Part shown: piece after piece, positions 9,313 through 18,751 of the stretch
Position numbering within the stretch: position 1 is the stretch's first letter
How the letters are laid out: each line of letters opens with the position of its first letter
Sequence record: SRR2962707_3849
Direction: 5' to 3' (one strand)
DNA length: 40,656 nt
Made by a program: the position numbers and the translations under genes
The notes under the pieces: generated by a model
What the model saw: the letters and a program-made list of their open reading frames with translations, nothing else
What the model was told of the DNA's origin: nothing
Database searches by the model: none

Positions 9313-10176
9313 TCAGGCCGAGACGGCCTCCCCTGCAAGCGCCCGATAAAGCTTGAGGGCGGTGCCGCCCATGATCCAGTCGCGGTCAGCCTGCGAAACG
9401 CCGGCAAGGCAATCGTTGGCGAGATCGACCATGTCCTTGAGCGTGCCCTGCGAAGCGGGATAATTCGAACCCCATGCCATCCGATCCGCACCGAAGGCCG
9501 ACACCAGCTTGGGAAACAGGGTCAGGGGGTCGGACTTGCCGTCGCGCGATTCACGGAAATTGTTGGTTGTGACCTTGAGATAAAGGTTTGGGAAGCGCGC
9601 CAGGCTCAGGATCGGTGCGGCATTCTCGTAAGGTGCGCCGTCGGAAAAGTCGCTGCGGCCCAAATGGTCGATCACGAAAGGGACTTTGGGAAAGCTGGTC
9701 ACCACGGTCTCGATCTGGTCGAGCATTTTTACCGTCGCATTTGTCGCGACAGGAATGCCCAATTCACTCGCCAGCTCGTAGCACGGGAACACGCGTGGAT
9801 CGGCGATGGACAGCCATGCTTCCTTGAGCGTGCTGCCACGCGCAAAGATGCGCATGCCGGTCAGTCCGCGCTCATACCAGTGGCGCATCGCTGCTGGAGC
9901 GTCCGGCTCAAGCACATTGACCGAAAAAACCCCCGTCAACCGATCGGGATGTTGTGAAACGGCGTCGGCCACGTAGTCGCAATTGAACCCATAAGTGGTG
10001 GAGGAATGGACCACCGCGGCCTTGTCGACACCGGCAGCGTCCATGCTCTCGATAAGCGTATCGAGTTCGATGGAACGGTCGTGCGACCAGTCCGAACGCT
10101 TGCCGCCGATCGGGGACATCGGATAGCGCGCCGTATCCCGCGAAACGATATGGGGGTGAATGTCGACGACGGTCAT
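9313..10176 (-). CDS. Amidohydrolase_2 family protein, paralog 2
   Basis: VDIHPHI, GGKRSDWS, VHSSTTYGF, IDHLG and FGADRMAWGSNYP; close paralog of 6317-7177. Confidence 0.8.
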   Translation of the reverse strand: MTVVDIHPHIVSRDTARYPMSPIGGKRSDWSHDRSIELDTLIESMDAAGVDKAAVVHSSTTYGFNCDYVADAVSQHPDRLTGVFSVNVLEPDAPAAMRHWYERGLTGMRIFARGSTLKEAWLSIADPRVFPCYELASELGIPVATNATVKMLDQIETVVTSFPKVPFVIDHLGRSDFSDGAPYENAAPILSLARFPNLYLKVTTNNFRESRDGKSDPLTLFPKLVSAFGADRMAWGSNYPASQGTLKDMVDLANDCLAGVSQADRDWIMGGTALKLYRALAGEAVSA

Positions 10177-10404
10177 AATCCTGGATCTCCTCTGTGGGCG
10201 GCCGTTCGTCAGGTCTGAATCACGCTTTGATCGCGCGCCCGCTCCGAACCGCCTTTTGCCCACCAACAGACACCGTCATGCCCCCTCCGCTCAAATTCCA
10301 AATCTGCCATCTGGCATAAGAAAAAGCAGAGCGAGGCAAATCCCACCCTGCGAAACGTCTATTCGCTCCGGCAGGCTTGGACATAAGAAAAATGGCGGCA
10401 CGAC

Positions 10405-11634
10405 TCAGTCTATCTGATGCGGCCCTTCGCGGAGGAAATCGAGAAATGCCCGCTGAAGGCGTGTTGCCTCCCAGTTAATCCGGGTCGTGACCCCGATGGT
10501 CGCCGGAGGCGCTTCGATCGGATAGTCGATGGCCGCCAGATTGTGTCCCAGCTTCTTGTCCACCGACAGCTCCGAATGGGTCATCACAGCGATCCGCTTA
10601 CTTTGTGAAAGCAGAATAAAAATTGTCAGTAGCGAATGGGTTTCGACGCTGAAATGGGGGAGCGGGCCATCGCCGAAAATGGATTCGAACACCTTGCGCC
10701 GCTGGGCGCCAACTCCGGGCGCGACCCATTCATAATTGCGGAAAGCCTCGAGTGTGACATCGTCCCTGCCCACCAGGGGATGAGTGCGGGCCGCCGCCAC
10801 GGTATAGGAATCGAACATCAAGGGCTCTTCGACCACGTCGTCGGTGGGGGGCGGTGATTTCAGGAGCCCGACAAGAAAGTCGATCGAACCACCGCGCAGC
10901 TTGGAGAGCAGTTCGTCATAGGGGGCATTGATCAGGCGAATGTTGACCTGCGGATGAAGCTCGGCAAACTTTCCCAGTTCCACCGAGATGTAATTGTTGC
11001 CCGCCAGAAGCAGCGAACCGACAAGCAGCCGTCCACGCAGCAGGCCCTGATACGAACGCATCTCCTCCTGTGCCCACTCGAGTTCGCGGATGGCCAGCTG
11101 GAGTTCATTGGACAGGCGCGCGCCCACCGGATTGGTGCTGATTCCGTGGGCGGTGTGGGCGAACAATTTGCGGCCGAGCTGTTTTTCGAGGTTGCGGGCC
11201 GAACGTTGCAAGGATGCGAGCGAGACAGGCATATGTCGCGCGGCTTGCGCGAATGAGCCATATTCATGGACGGCGATCAGCGCCAGGATTTGTGCGCGCG
11301 TCAGGCGCCGGCTGGCAAGATTGGCCTTCGAATTATCCGCCCCGCTGTCCTGAACCGCATCGATGGCCACCTCCATCTTGGAAAAGCACCGGCCTGCCCG
11401 GTTTTGCAGGATTCGGCCCATTTCGGTGACGTAGGACCCCGTGCGCGTTCGATCAAACAGCGTCACCTCGAGCTCGGCCTCGAGACTCTGCACCGCCTGG
11501 GTTACTGCTGACTGGGAGCGCAGCAATCCCTCGGATGCCCGCGAAATGCTTCCTAGTCGAGCGGCCTCGTAAAATGCCCGCAATTGGGTGAGGCTGGGAA
11601 AGAAAACCTCGGTATCGTGCAAATCGTTCGCCAT
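10405..11634 (-). CDS. LysR regulator with two tandem HTH domains (LigR/GalR-like architecture)
   Basis: HTH1 QLRAFYEAARLGSISRAS...SQSAVTQ and HTH2 QILALIAVHEYGSFAQAA..., followed by a LysR substrate domain; 409 aa. Confidence 0.85.
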   Translation of the reverse strand: MANDLHDTEVFFPSLTQLRAFYEAARLGSISRASEGLLRSQSAVTQAVQSLEAELEVTLFDRTRTGSYVTEMGRILQNRAGRCFSKMEVAIDAVQDSGADNSKANLASRRLTRAQILALIAVHEYGSFAQAARHMPVSLASLQRSARNLEKQLGRKLFAHTAHGISTNPVGARLSNELQLAIRELEWAQEEMRSYQGLLRGRLLVGSLLLAGNNYISVELGKFAELHPQVNIRLINAPYDELLSKLRGGSIDFLVGLLKSPPPTDDVVEEPLMFDSYTVAAARTHPLVGRDDVTLEAFRNYEWVAPGVGAQRRKVFESIFGDGPLPHFSVETHSLLTIFILLSQSKRIAVMTHSELSVDKKLGHNLAAIDYPIEAPPATIGVTTRINWEATRLQRAFLDFLREGPHQID

Positions 11635-11696
11635 AACTGCCAACAGGATAGACCACCTGCCAAGCGTTATCAGCCAGCGGACGCCATGTCAGCAGG

Positions 11697-13757
11697 TCAC
11701 ACCGATGGGATGATCGCCGCAAGCGGGGGGACCAGCGCACCGAGCACCGTGGAGGGCCACGGCACGCGGATGATCTGGTCAAAGACCACATAGACGAGCA
11801 CCGTCGCTGCCGCCGAGTTGACGATGCAGAGCTTCCAGGGTTCGCGCCCCTCGATACGCATGAAGGCAATGATCATCACGGCGATGGCGGGGATCATGCC
11901 GATCAAGGCCATGACCAGCAGGAACCCGAGAACCCAGGCAAAGAACATCCCGGCGCGCATGACGATGGTGCGCGGGGTCAGGTTGTCGCCAGTGTCGATT
12001 CTGAGATCCATGTAGACATCGTCTTCTTCGCCGGTCCCTGCGGGCTTTGGGACGCCGCGGTTCGAGAAGATGACGAAGACGAGGCTGACTGCACCGGCGA
12101 TGATCGCCGTCGACGCCACGACGGTCGGACCGATGCGGGCGCTGAACGACCATTGCTGCGCTTCAACGAGCATGTAGCCGGCGACCACTATGAAAAACAC
12201 ATAGAGCAGGTCCTCGGGGCGGAATACCGGGCGCGTGCTGGCCGGTAGCAAGACCCTGAGTCCCTTGCGTCCGAATTGCCCGAACAGCGGACGGAAGAGT
12301 ACGAGGAACGAAAAGCCCAGCAAAACGATGACGCCCGGCCGTAAGAGCCAATCAGCATCATAGCGCATGATGGAGATCGACATGTAGCGCTCCATCAGAG
12401 CGCCAAGCACCAGGCCGAGAATGAGCGGCGGGCGCGCCCATTTAAGCTGCTTCATCACCCATCCCAGAACACCGAAGCCCAGCAGGACGATCATATCGCC
12501 CCAGCTCTTCGAGCCCTGGAACGCGCCGACATAAACGATCGAGAGAATGATCGGTAGGACCAGCGTGTAGCGCAGGGTGGAGATCTTGGCCAACTGCCCG
12601 CTGAGCAGGAAGCAGACACCGGCGCCAAAGACGTTGGCCAGCGCGATGCTCCACACCATTGAATAGGTCATGTCGAGGTTGCGCGTCAGCATTTCGGGTC
12701 CCGGCACGATGCCATGGACCATGAGAGCGCTGAGCAGGATGGCCGTCGCTGCCCCGCCGGGAACGCCGAAGGCGATGGCCGGAACGAGGATGGCGCCGGT
12801 GCTCGCGTTGGTGGCCGCTTCCGGCGCGATGACACCGCGCACATCCCCTTTGGAGAACGTCTGACGCGCGCCCTTTTCGGTCTGGATGGCGTGACCGTAG
12901 GCAAACCAATCCAGTACAGACCCGCTGATGCCGGGGATCGCCCCGAGAACAGCGCCCAAGCCGCTGCACCGCAGGATCAGGAACCAGTTCTCGACGCAGT
13001 CCTTGAGTCCCTTGATCATGCCCTCGGTCGCGCTGAACTTTCGTTCTTCAGTCAGCGCGCGGCGCTTGATGGCCAGATCGCAAAGCTCGGGCAGCGCGAA
13101 CAGTCCGAGCAATACAGGCAGCATGGGCACCCCATCCCAGAGATAGAGTACGCCGCCCGTCCAGCGCTGCTCTCCGGTCATCAGATTGGTGCCGATCATA
13201 CCGACGAGAATTCCGATGCAGGCGGCCACGACGCCGCGAAGCGGGGCGCTGCCGGAAAGCGCGGACACCATCGCAATGCCGAAAATGGTGATGGCGAGCA
13301 ATTCGGGTGTTGCGATGGTGAGCACCAGCGGGCGCAGGATCGGAATGGCCAATCCCAGGACCGCCGCCCCGACCAATCCGCCGACAAGCGAGGACCCATA
13401 AGCGGCGCTGAGCGCCCTGCCCGCCTCACCTTTTTTGGCCATGGCGTGGCCATCGAGAACCGTTGCCTGCGAGGCCGTCGTTCCGGGCACGCCGAACAAA
13501 ACTGAAGGAATGGGGTCGGAGATCGAACTGGCGGCCATCATGCCCAGCAGCATGGCGATACCGGAAAACGGCTCCATGGTATAGGTAAACGGAACCAGCA
13601 GCGCAAAGCCCGTCAGCCCGCCGATACCGGGTAGCAGGCCAATGGCCAGCCCCACCAGGACACCGAGCCAGAGAAACATGATCCGCTCGGGCTGCAAGAC
13701 CGTCAGCAACGCCTGACCGGCGGCGTCCAGCATGGCTCCATCGAACAGGGTTTCCAT
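11697..13757 (-). CDS. tctA: TctA permease with fused C-terminal TctB-like domain
   Basis: GLLPGIGG, FGVPGT, GVIAPEAA and FGVPGG motifs, plus a C-terminal extension of about 160-180 aa with about 4-5 TM; 686 aa. Confidence 0.85.
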   Translation of the reverse strand: METLFDGAMLDAAGQALLTVLQPERIMFLWLGVLVGLAIGLLPGIGGLTGFALLVPFTYTMEPFSGIAMLLGMMAASSISDPIPSVLFGVPGTTASQATVLDGHAMAKKGEAGRALSAAYGSSLVGGLVGAAVLGLAIPILRPLVLTIATPELLAITIFGIAMVSALSGSAPLRGVVAACIGILVGMIGTNLMTGEQRWTGGVLYLWDGVPMLPVLLGLFALPELCDLAIKRRALTEERKFSATEGMIKGLKDCVENWFLILRCSGLGAVLGAIPGISGSVLDWFAYGHAIQTEKGARQTFSKGDVRGVIAPEAATNASTGAILVPAIAFGVPGGAATAILLSALMVHGIVPGPEMLTRNLDMTYSMVWSIALANVFGAGVCFLLSGQLAKISTLRYTLVLPIILSIVYVGAFQGSKSWGDMIVLLGFGVLGWVMKQLKWARPPLILGLVLGALMERYMSISIMRYDADWLLRPGVIVLLGFSFLVLFRPLFGQFGRKGLRVLLPASTRPVFRPEDLLYVFFIVVAGYMLVEAQQWSFSARIGPTVVASTAIIAGAVSLVFVIFSNRGVPKPAGTGEEDDVYMDLRIDTGDNLTPRTIVMRAGMFFAWVLGFLLVMALIGMIPAIAVMIIAFMRIEGREPWKLCIVNSAAATVLVYVVFDQIIRVPWPSTVLGALVPPLAAIIPSV

Positions 13758-13927
13758 TGGCGATTTCTCCCTTGATCCGGGCCTAACTGGACCTTCGGAC
13801 CTGCACATCCTGGCATGAGGAGGTGCGAAAGTGAAAAGACGGGCGAGCGCCGACCATGAGGCGGCTCGCCTTCTTGCGGCACCAAGACAGGGAGGGGCTC
13901 GAAGCTCCCCTCCCCGCGGCGTTGACC

Positions 13928-14965
13928 TTAGTCCGTGGCGGTGACCAGGGTACGAACGTCCTCAAGTGTGGACTCGGGCGTTGCGTACAACTCGCCGACG
14001 ACCGTCGCGATTTCGGCACCCGAGATGGGTTCGAGAGGCGAACCTGCCTCCTCCATCAGGGCCATGAACTCGGGATCCTCCATGGTGGCTGTGAAGGCAT
14101 CGCGCAAGACGGCGACGCGGTCTTCGGGCACACCGGCGGGAACCGCAAGCGGCCGTCCGGCTTCGAAGGGCAGGATCAGAAAATCGATCAGCGCCTCGAC
14201 TTCGGGATCCTCGACATAGTCAGAGAAATTGGGCAGGTCGGGAAATGCGGGATCGTTTTCCCAGCCCAGTTGCATAAGGACGGTCATTTCGCCCTCGGCC
14301 ACCTGACGCGCCTGATCTCCGGTAATCAGTCCGGTGATTGTGGGAAGCCAACCATCGACCTCGCCGCGCTCCATGGCGAGATAGACCTCTTCACGTCCGG
14401 AATAGCCGTGGATGATATCGAACTGTGTGCCCAGATGGTCGTTCATCAGGGCCGCCAGCGTGCGGTTCTCGTTGGCAAATCCGGTTGCGCCGATCACCAT
14501 GGGCGTCGTGAACATGTCGTCAGCGGTCTGTACCGGCGACTGTTCCGACGCGACGATGGCGTATTTTTCCTTGTTCAGGCTGCCGATCCATTCCACTTCG
14601 CGCGGATCGAAAGTGTCGTTGGTACCATCGACAAGCGAACGATAGAGGTTGTTGCGCTGCAGGAAGCCGATGACCGATCCGTCAGCGGGCTGATTGTTCT
14701 GCAACTGCCCGGCCGCCACCATGCCACCCGCACCGGCGACATTCATGACGATGATGTCGGGCTCACCGGGAATGTGCCGCGAAAAAAATATGGCAAACTG
14801 ACGCGCCAGAACGTCCGACAGCGTTCCTGCCGGCGCACTGACCATGATCGTGACGGGACTGCCGGAATAGAATTCCTCGGCCGTCTGGGCCGACACCGCA
14901 TGGGCCATGCCCAAGCTCATCGCCAGGACTGCGCCTGACATCTTGATAGTCTTCATCATCGACAT
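13928..14965 (-). CDS. tctC: TctC/Bug-family substrate-binding protein (divergent clade)
   Basis: Signal peptide, EEFYSG, HIPGEPDIIVMNVAGAGG, WIGS, AMERGEVDG and GVPEDRV..LR.AF; GAGGAGG RBS. Confidence 0.82.
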   Translation of the reverse strand: MSMMKTIKMSGAVLAMSLGMAHAVSAQTAEEFYSGSPVTIMVSAPAGTLSDVLARQFAIFFSRHIPGEPDIIVMNVAGAGGMVAAGQLQNNQPADGSVIGFLQRNNLYRSLVDGTNDTFDPREVEWIGSLNKEKYAIVASEQSPVQTADDMFTTPMVIGATGFANENRTLAALMNDHLGTQFDIIHGYSGREEVYLAMERGEVDGWLPTITGLITGDQARQVAEGEMTVLMQLGWENDPAFPDLPNFSDYVEDPEVEALIDFLILPFEAGRPLAVPAGVPEDRVAVLRDAFTATMEDPEFMALMEEAGSPLEPISGAEIATVVGELYATPESTLEDVRTLVTATD

Positions 14966-15260
14966 TGCAACCTCCTCTTGCAAAACTGTCACCTTGACGG
15001 CTACCGCCGGATCGCACGATCCGCTCATCGGTTAGCCGCCTCTCGACCCTGTCTGCTGATACTGCACTACAGGTCGGCTTCTTGACGATCAGGAGCGCCA
15101 ATGGGCGCTGCCGCTAAAGTTCAACTCCTCCTGCTTTTATGAAGAGGGATGCTAGCCCTTCGTGGCAGGTAGCAAAACAAGCTCATCACCAAACTTATGT
15201 CTCACGATCTTGAATCGATGGACTTTCGGTTAGCAACCGCCCCGGAAAGCGCGCATTTGC

Positions 15261-16247
15261 TTATGTCACCTCGCAATCGTAGAAGAGCGCATCCAGCTCA
15301 AGCGGCGCCGGGATCAGCTTTTGCTGTTCGGCATATTTCATCAGCGTCTCGATGGCCGGCCGGTTGGGCGTCAGACCATAGGGAATGGGATCGGGACCGA
15401 CGATGCCCGCAAGGCGTTTGAGCTTTTGGTCTTCCTTACTCGTACCCTGACCCGCATGCAGTTTTTCGAGATAGATCGATTTGGATTTCACCAGCGCATC
15501 GAAGACCAGTTGCGGGAGGTCGGGGTTGGCTGCGACGACCGTGTCCTTGAGGACGATAGTGGGATGGCAAGGGTAAATCCCGGTGCGCGCGTACCATTCG
15601 GCCTCGAGCGCGTCATGGTCTTCGAACAATTGGCGGTATCCGTCCATCGAGGGGGCGGCCTTATCCTCCCAGGCGGCGGTTGGCGGCCCCTCGCGGCCGA
15701 TGCCGGCACTTCCGGCGAGGCCCGCATCGATCTCGCCCGCCGCCATCATGGACGCCAGCGACTTGCCCTCCGGAACATGGACCACATTGTCGGGCAGCTC
15801 GAGCTCGGCGACGTGTTCTTCATCATCGACGACCCAGGTAACCTTGAAGGGGTCGACGCCATATTCGTTTTGAAGGATGCCGCGCACCCAGACGCCGGTA
15901 GTGACGGAATAGGCCCGCACACCGACCTTTTTGCCCTCCAGGTCCTTGGGCTCGTTGATACCTGCGTCGGGACGAACGAGAATTCCTTCATGGTGAAACC
16001 GGCGATTGAAGAATACAGGTAGCGCCTTGAAGGGTTTACCGTGTCCACGTGCCACCATATAGGTCGTTGATGCCAACTCGCAGATGTCGAATTCGACATC
16101 GCGCACCATGCGGCGGAAGGCGGCGATCTGCGGCTTGACCTCGATGAACTGCAGATCAACACCGGGAATCGTGACATCGCCACTCTTGAGCGCTTCGGTA
16201 TATCCGGTCGTCCGAAGCGACATGGTAAAGGTGCGGTTGGTTCCCAC
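15261..16247 (-). CDS. 4,5-dihydroxyphthalate decarboxylase-like protein, paralog 3
   Basis: Shares GVRAYSVTTGVW.RGILQNEY.VDP.KVTW.VDDEEHV with paralog 2; GTG start after AGGAGG. Confidence 0.75.
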   Translation of the reverse strand: MGTNRTFTMSLRTTGYTEALKSGDVTIPGVDLQFIEVKPQIAAFRRMVRDVEFDICELASTTYMVARGHGKPFKALPVFFNRRFHHEGILVRPDAGINEPKDLEGKKVGVRAYSVTTGVWVRGILQNEYGVDPFKVTWVVDDEEHVAELELPDNVVHVPEGKSLASMMAAGEIDAGLAGSAGIGREGPPTAAWEDKAAPSMDGYRQLFEDHDALEAEWYARTGIYPCHPTIVLKDTVVAANPDLPQLVFDALVKSKSIYLEKLHAGQGTSKEDQKLKRLAGIVGPDPIPYGLTPNRPAIETLMKYAEQQKLIPAPLELDALFYDCEVT

Positions 16248-16342
16248 GGTAATCTCCTCCTGGCAGCGCGCCAATGCATCTTTTGTCTCCTTGGAGGTGT
16301 TACGACGTGAAATCGGAAAGGCCGACATTTGAACGTGGCATG

Positions 16343-16369
16343 AGGTCATAAGTTTTGCGCTCATGACCT
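16343..16369. promoter_or_regulatory. Inverted repeat AGGTCATAAG-N7-CTCATGACCT, candidate operator
   Basis: Arms match 9/10; lies in the divergent intergenic region between decarboxylase paralog 3 and the MFS. Confidence 0.5.
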
Positions 16370-16519
16370 GAGGGAGCGAATTGCCTTTGGTGGCGACGTG
16401 CCTCAAAATCAGCGGCATAAAAAGGTGATCTGCCTGAACCAAGATCAGATTTCTGCCGCATACGGGTTCCGGCAACGCCGCCCCGACATACCGTTTCCGT
16501 CATCCTATAGAGCCCCGCA

Positions 16520-17791
16520 GTGACAACCACGCCCCTTGATCTTGCCGCCCCCGGCCGCTTTGCCGCCTTTTCAATTCCTGCCTATCGCAGCTACTGGCTT
16601 TCTCTGGTGCTGACCGGCTTTGCCGTACAGGTCCAGACGGTTGCGGTGGGCTGGTATCTCTACGACCTCACGCGCGACCCGCTCGATCTGGGCCTTGTCG
16701 GCCTCTCGCAATTTCTGCCCGCGCTGCTGCTGGTTCTGGTGACCGGATCGGTGGCAGATCGGTTTTCACGTCGGACGATCATGAGCGTGACGCTGGCCCT
16801 GATGGGGATGTGCGCCATCGCCCTGTTCGCGGTGACCGGGGCGGGAATTGCGACAAACTGGATGATGTTTCTCATCATCGCCCTGTTCGGCACCACAAGG
16901 GCTTTTTACAATCCGGCGCGACAGTCCCTCGTGCCCAATATCGTGCCAACCAGCCATCTGCCCCCGGCGGTCGCTGCCAACGCCACCGCCACCCAGTTTG
17001 CCACGATCTGCGGGCCGGTGGCCGGCGGCCTGCTCTATGCGATCGATGTGCGGCTGGCTTTCGGCGCGGCCGCCGCGTTTCTGGGCGCGGCGTCACTGTT
17101 TATCTTGGTCGGCGTCCCTAAAACCGTCCCACGCACCGGGAAACCCATGGCGGGTTGGGAGTCGGTGAGTGCCGGTTTCCGTTACGTCTGGACCAACAAG
17201 CCGGTGCTGGGCGCCATATCGCTCGATCTTTTCGCCGTGCTGTTTGGCGGCGCCATGGCGCTATTGCCGGTCTATGCGCGCGATGTGCTCGATATCGGAC
17301 CAGAGGGGCTCGGCCTCTTGCGGTCTGGGCCGGCCATCGGCGCCATCGCCATGGGCCTTGCCCTGATCGTGTTTCCGATCCGCAATCACGCCGGCAAGAT
17401 CATGTTCGCTGCCGTGGCCGGGTTCGGTGTAGCCACACTGGTTTTTGCACTTTCGGCAACGCTTTGGATCTCGCTTGCTGCTCTGATCCTGATTGGCGCT
17501 TTCGACATGATCAGCGTCAATATCCGCAACGTGCTCATCCAGATATGGACACCCGATGCCCTGCTCGGACGCGTCAATGCCGTTAACCAGATCTTTGTTG
17601 GTGCTTCCAACGAGCTAGGCGCCTTCAGGGCCGGTGTCATGGCTACATGGATCGGCCCCGTCGCGGCGCTGTCACTTGGTGGTGCGCTCATCATCCCGAT
17701 CGCCGCGGCCTGGGCGGTCATGTTCCCGCAATTGCGCGATGTCCGGCACCTTGACGGGCGCGACGAGGCGAGCCCGAGCCCCAAAAACTGA
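16520..17791 (+). CDS. MFS transporter (MFS_3/EntS-like)
   Basis: About 12 TM, motif A GSVADRFSRR, and PDALLGRV. Confidence 0.9.
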   Translation: MTTTPLDLAAPGRFAAFSIPAYRSYWLSLVLTGFAVQVQTVAVGWYLYDLTRDPLDLGLVGLSQFLPALLLVLVTGSVADRFSRRTIMSVTLALMGMCAIALFAVTGAGIATNWMMFLIIALFGTTRAFYNPARQSLVPNIVPTSHLPPAVAANATATQFATICGPVAGGLLYAIDVRLAFGAAAAFLGAASLFILVGVPKTVPRTGKPMAGWESVSAGFRYVWTNKPVLGAISLDLFAVLFGGAMALLPVYARDVLDIGPEGLGLLRSGPAIGAIAMGLALIVFPIRNHAGKIMFAAVAGFGVATLVFALSATLWISLAALILIGAFDMISVNIRNVLIQIWTPDALLGRVNAVNQIFVGASNELGAFRAGVMATWIGPVAALSLGGALIIPIAAAWAVMFPQLRDVRHLDGRDEASPSPKN

Positions 17792-17890
17792 TCTCCGCTA
17801 CCGGCGGGCCGAGCCGCCCGTCCTTCAGTCTTGGAAGTTATCCGCCCTAGGCGCACCCCGGCCCGATGCCTGTTCGTACGCACCCTGAAT

Positions 17891-18751
17891 TCACTCGGTG
17901 CTCTCGCGCGCTCCATTGAGAAATGCGGATATCCGCTCGAAGGCTTTGCGGGCCTGGGGCGTCTCTGGCGCCGAGCGCAAGGCGTCGTAAGGTTCTCCGT
18001 CAAGCATTTCTGTTTCGACATTGCCGCCAGCGGACGTGTATGCGCGGCAGAAGCGATCCATGTTTTCCTTTGTATGCAGGGTATCGCACCAGGCCTGGAC
18101 ATAGAGGATGTCGGGGGTTGCCACACTGTCACTGCGCTCAAGCGCCAGCACAGGGCTGCCATCCACCATCGCCTCTTTATCCCCCCAGTATTTCATCTGG
18201 GCGAAACCCGCACCAACCCTGTGTTCAAGGCTCTTGTCACCTTTGGCCTGACGCTCGAGATTTTCCTCGTAGCGGGTGGCCGGACATATCACGGGCCACA
18301 TGGTCACCACATGAGCGGCCGTCGCATCGATCGCCTCACCGCCAGAAAGCGCTATCGAGCAATAGCGAGGATCGAAGGGTTTCATTGCCGCAAGCACGGC
18401 GAGATGCCCTCCCGCAGACGTACCCATGACCCCCACAAGATCGGCGGAAGTTCGGAATTTTTTCGCATTGAGCTTGAGCCAGCGCACTGCGAAATTGATA
18501 TCGGCCACCGATGATGGATAAGTGCCATTGGGCGGCAGACTGTAATCCACTGCCAGTACCATAACCCCGCCCTGCGCAATCCGCCGGTTGATTGGGTCAT
18601 TGTTGGCATATTTTCCTTTCACCCAGGATCCGCCATGCGCATCCACGACGGTTGGAAAAGGGCCATCTCCCACCGGGACATAGGCGCGCGCTCCAAGCGC
18701 GAGGTTGTCGCGATCAAGATATACCAGATCCTGAATTTCAAGCTCGAACAC
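17891..18751 (-). CDS. Alpha/beta hydrolase, HSL/family IV esterase-like
   Basis: HGGSW oxyanion motif, VDYSL and GTSAGG nucleophile elbow; probable GTG start at 18751 (ATG 18805 is an alternative). Confidence 0.8.
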   Translation of the reverse strand: MFELEIQDLVYLDRDNLALGARAYVPVGDGPFPTVVDAHGGSWVKGKYANNDPINRRIAQGGVMVLAVDYSLPPNGTYPSSVADINFAVRWLKLNAKKFRTSADLVGVMGTSAGGHLAVLAAMKPFDPRYCSIALSGGEAIDATAAHVVTMWPVICPATRYEENLERQAKGDKSLEHRVGAGFAQMKYWGDKEAMVDGSPVLALERSDSVATPDILYVQAWCDTLHTKENMDRFCRAYTSAGGNVETEMLDGEPYDALRSAPETPQARKAFERISAFLNGARESTE

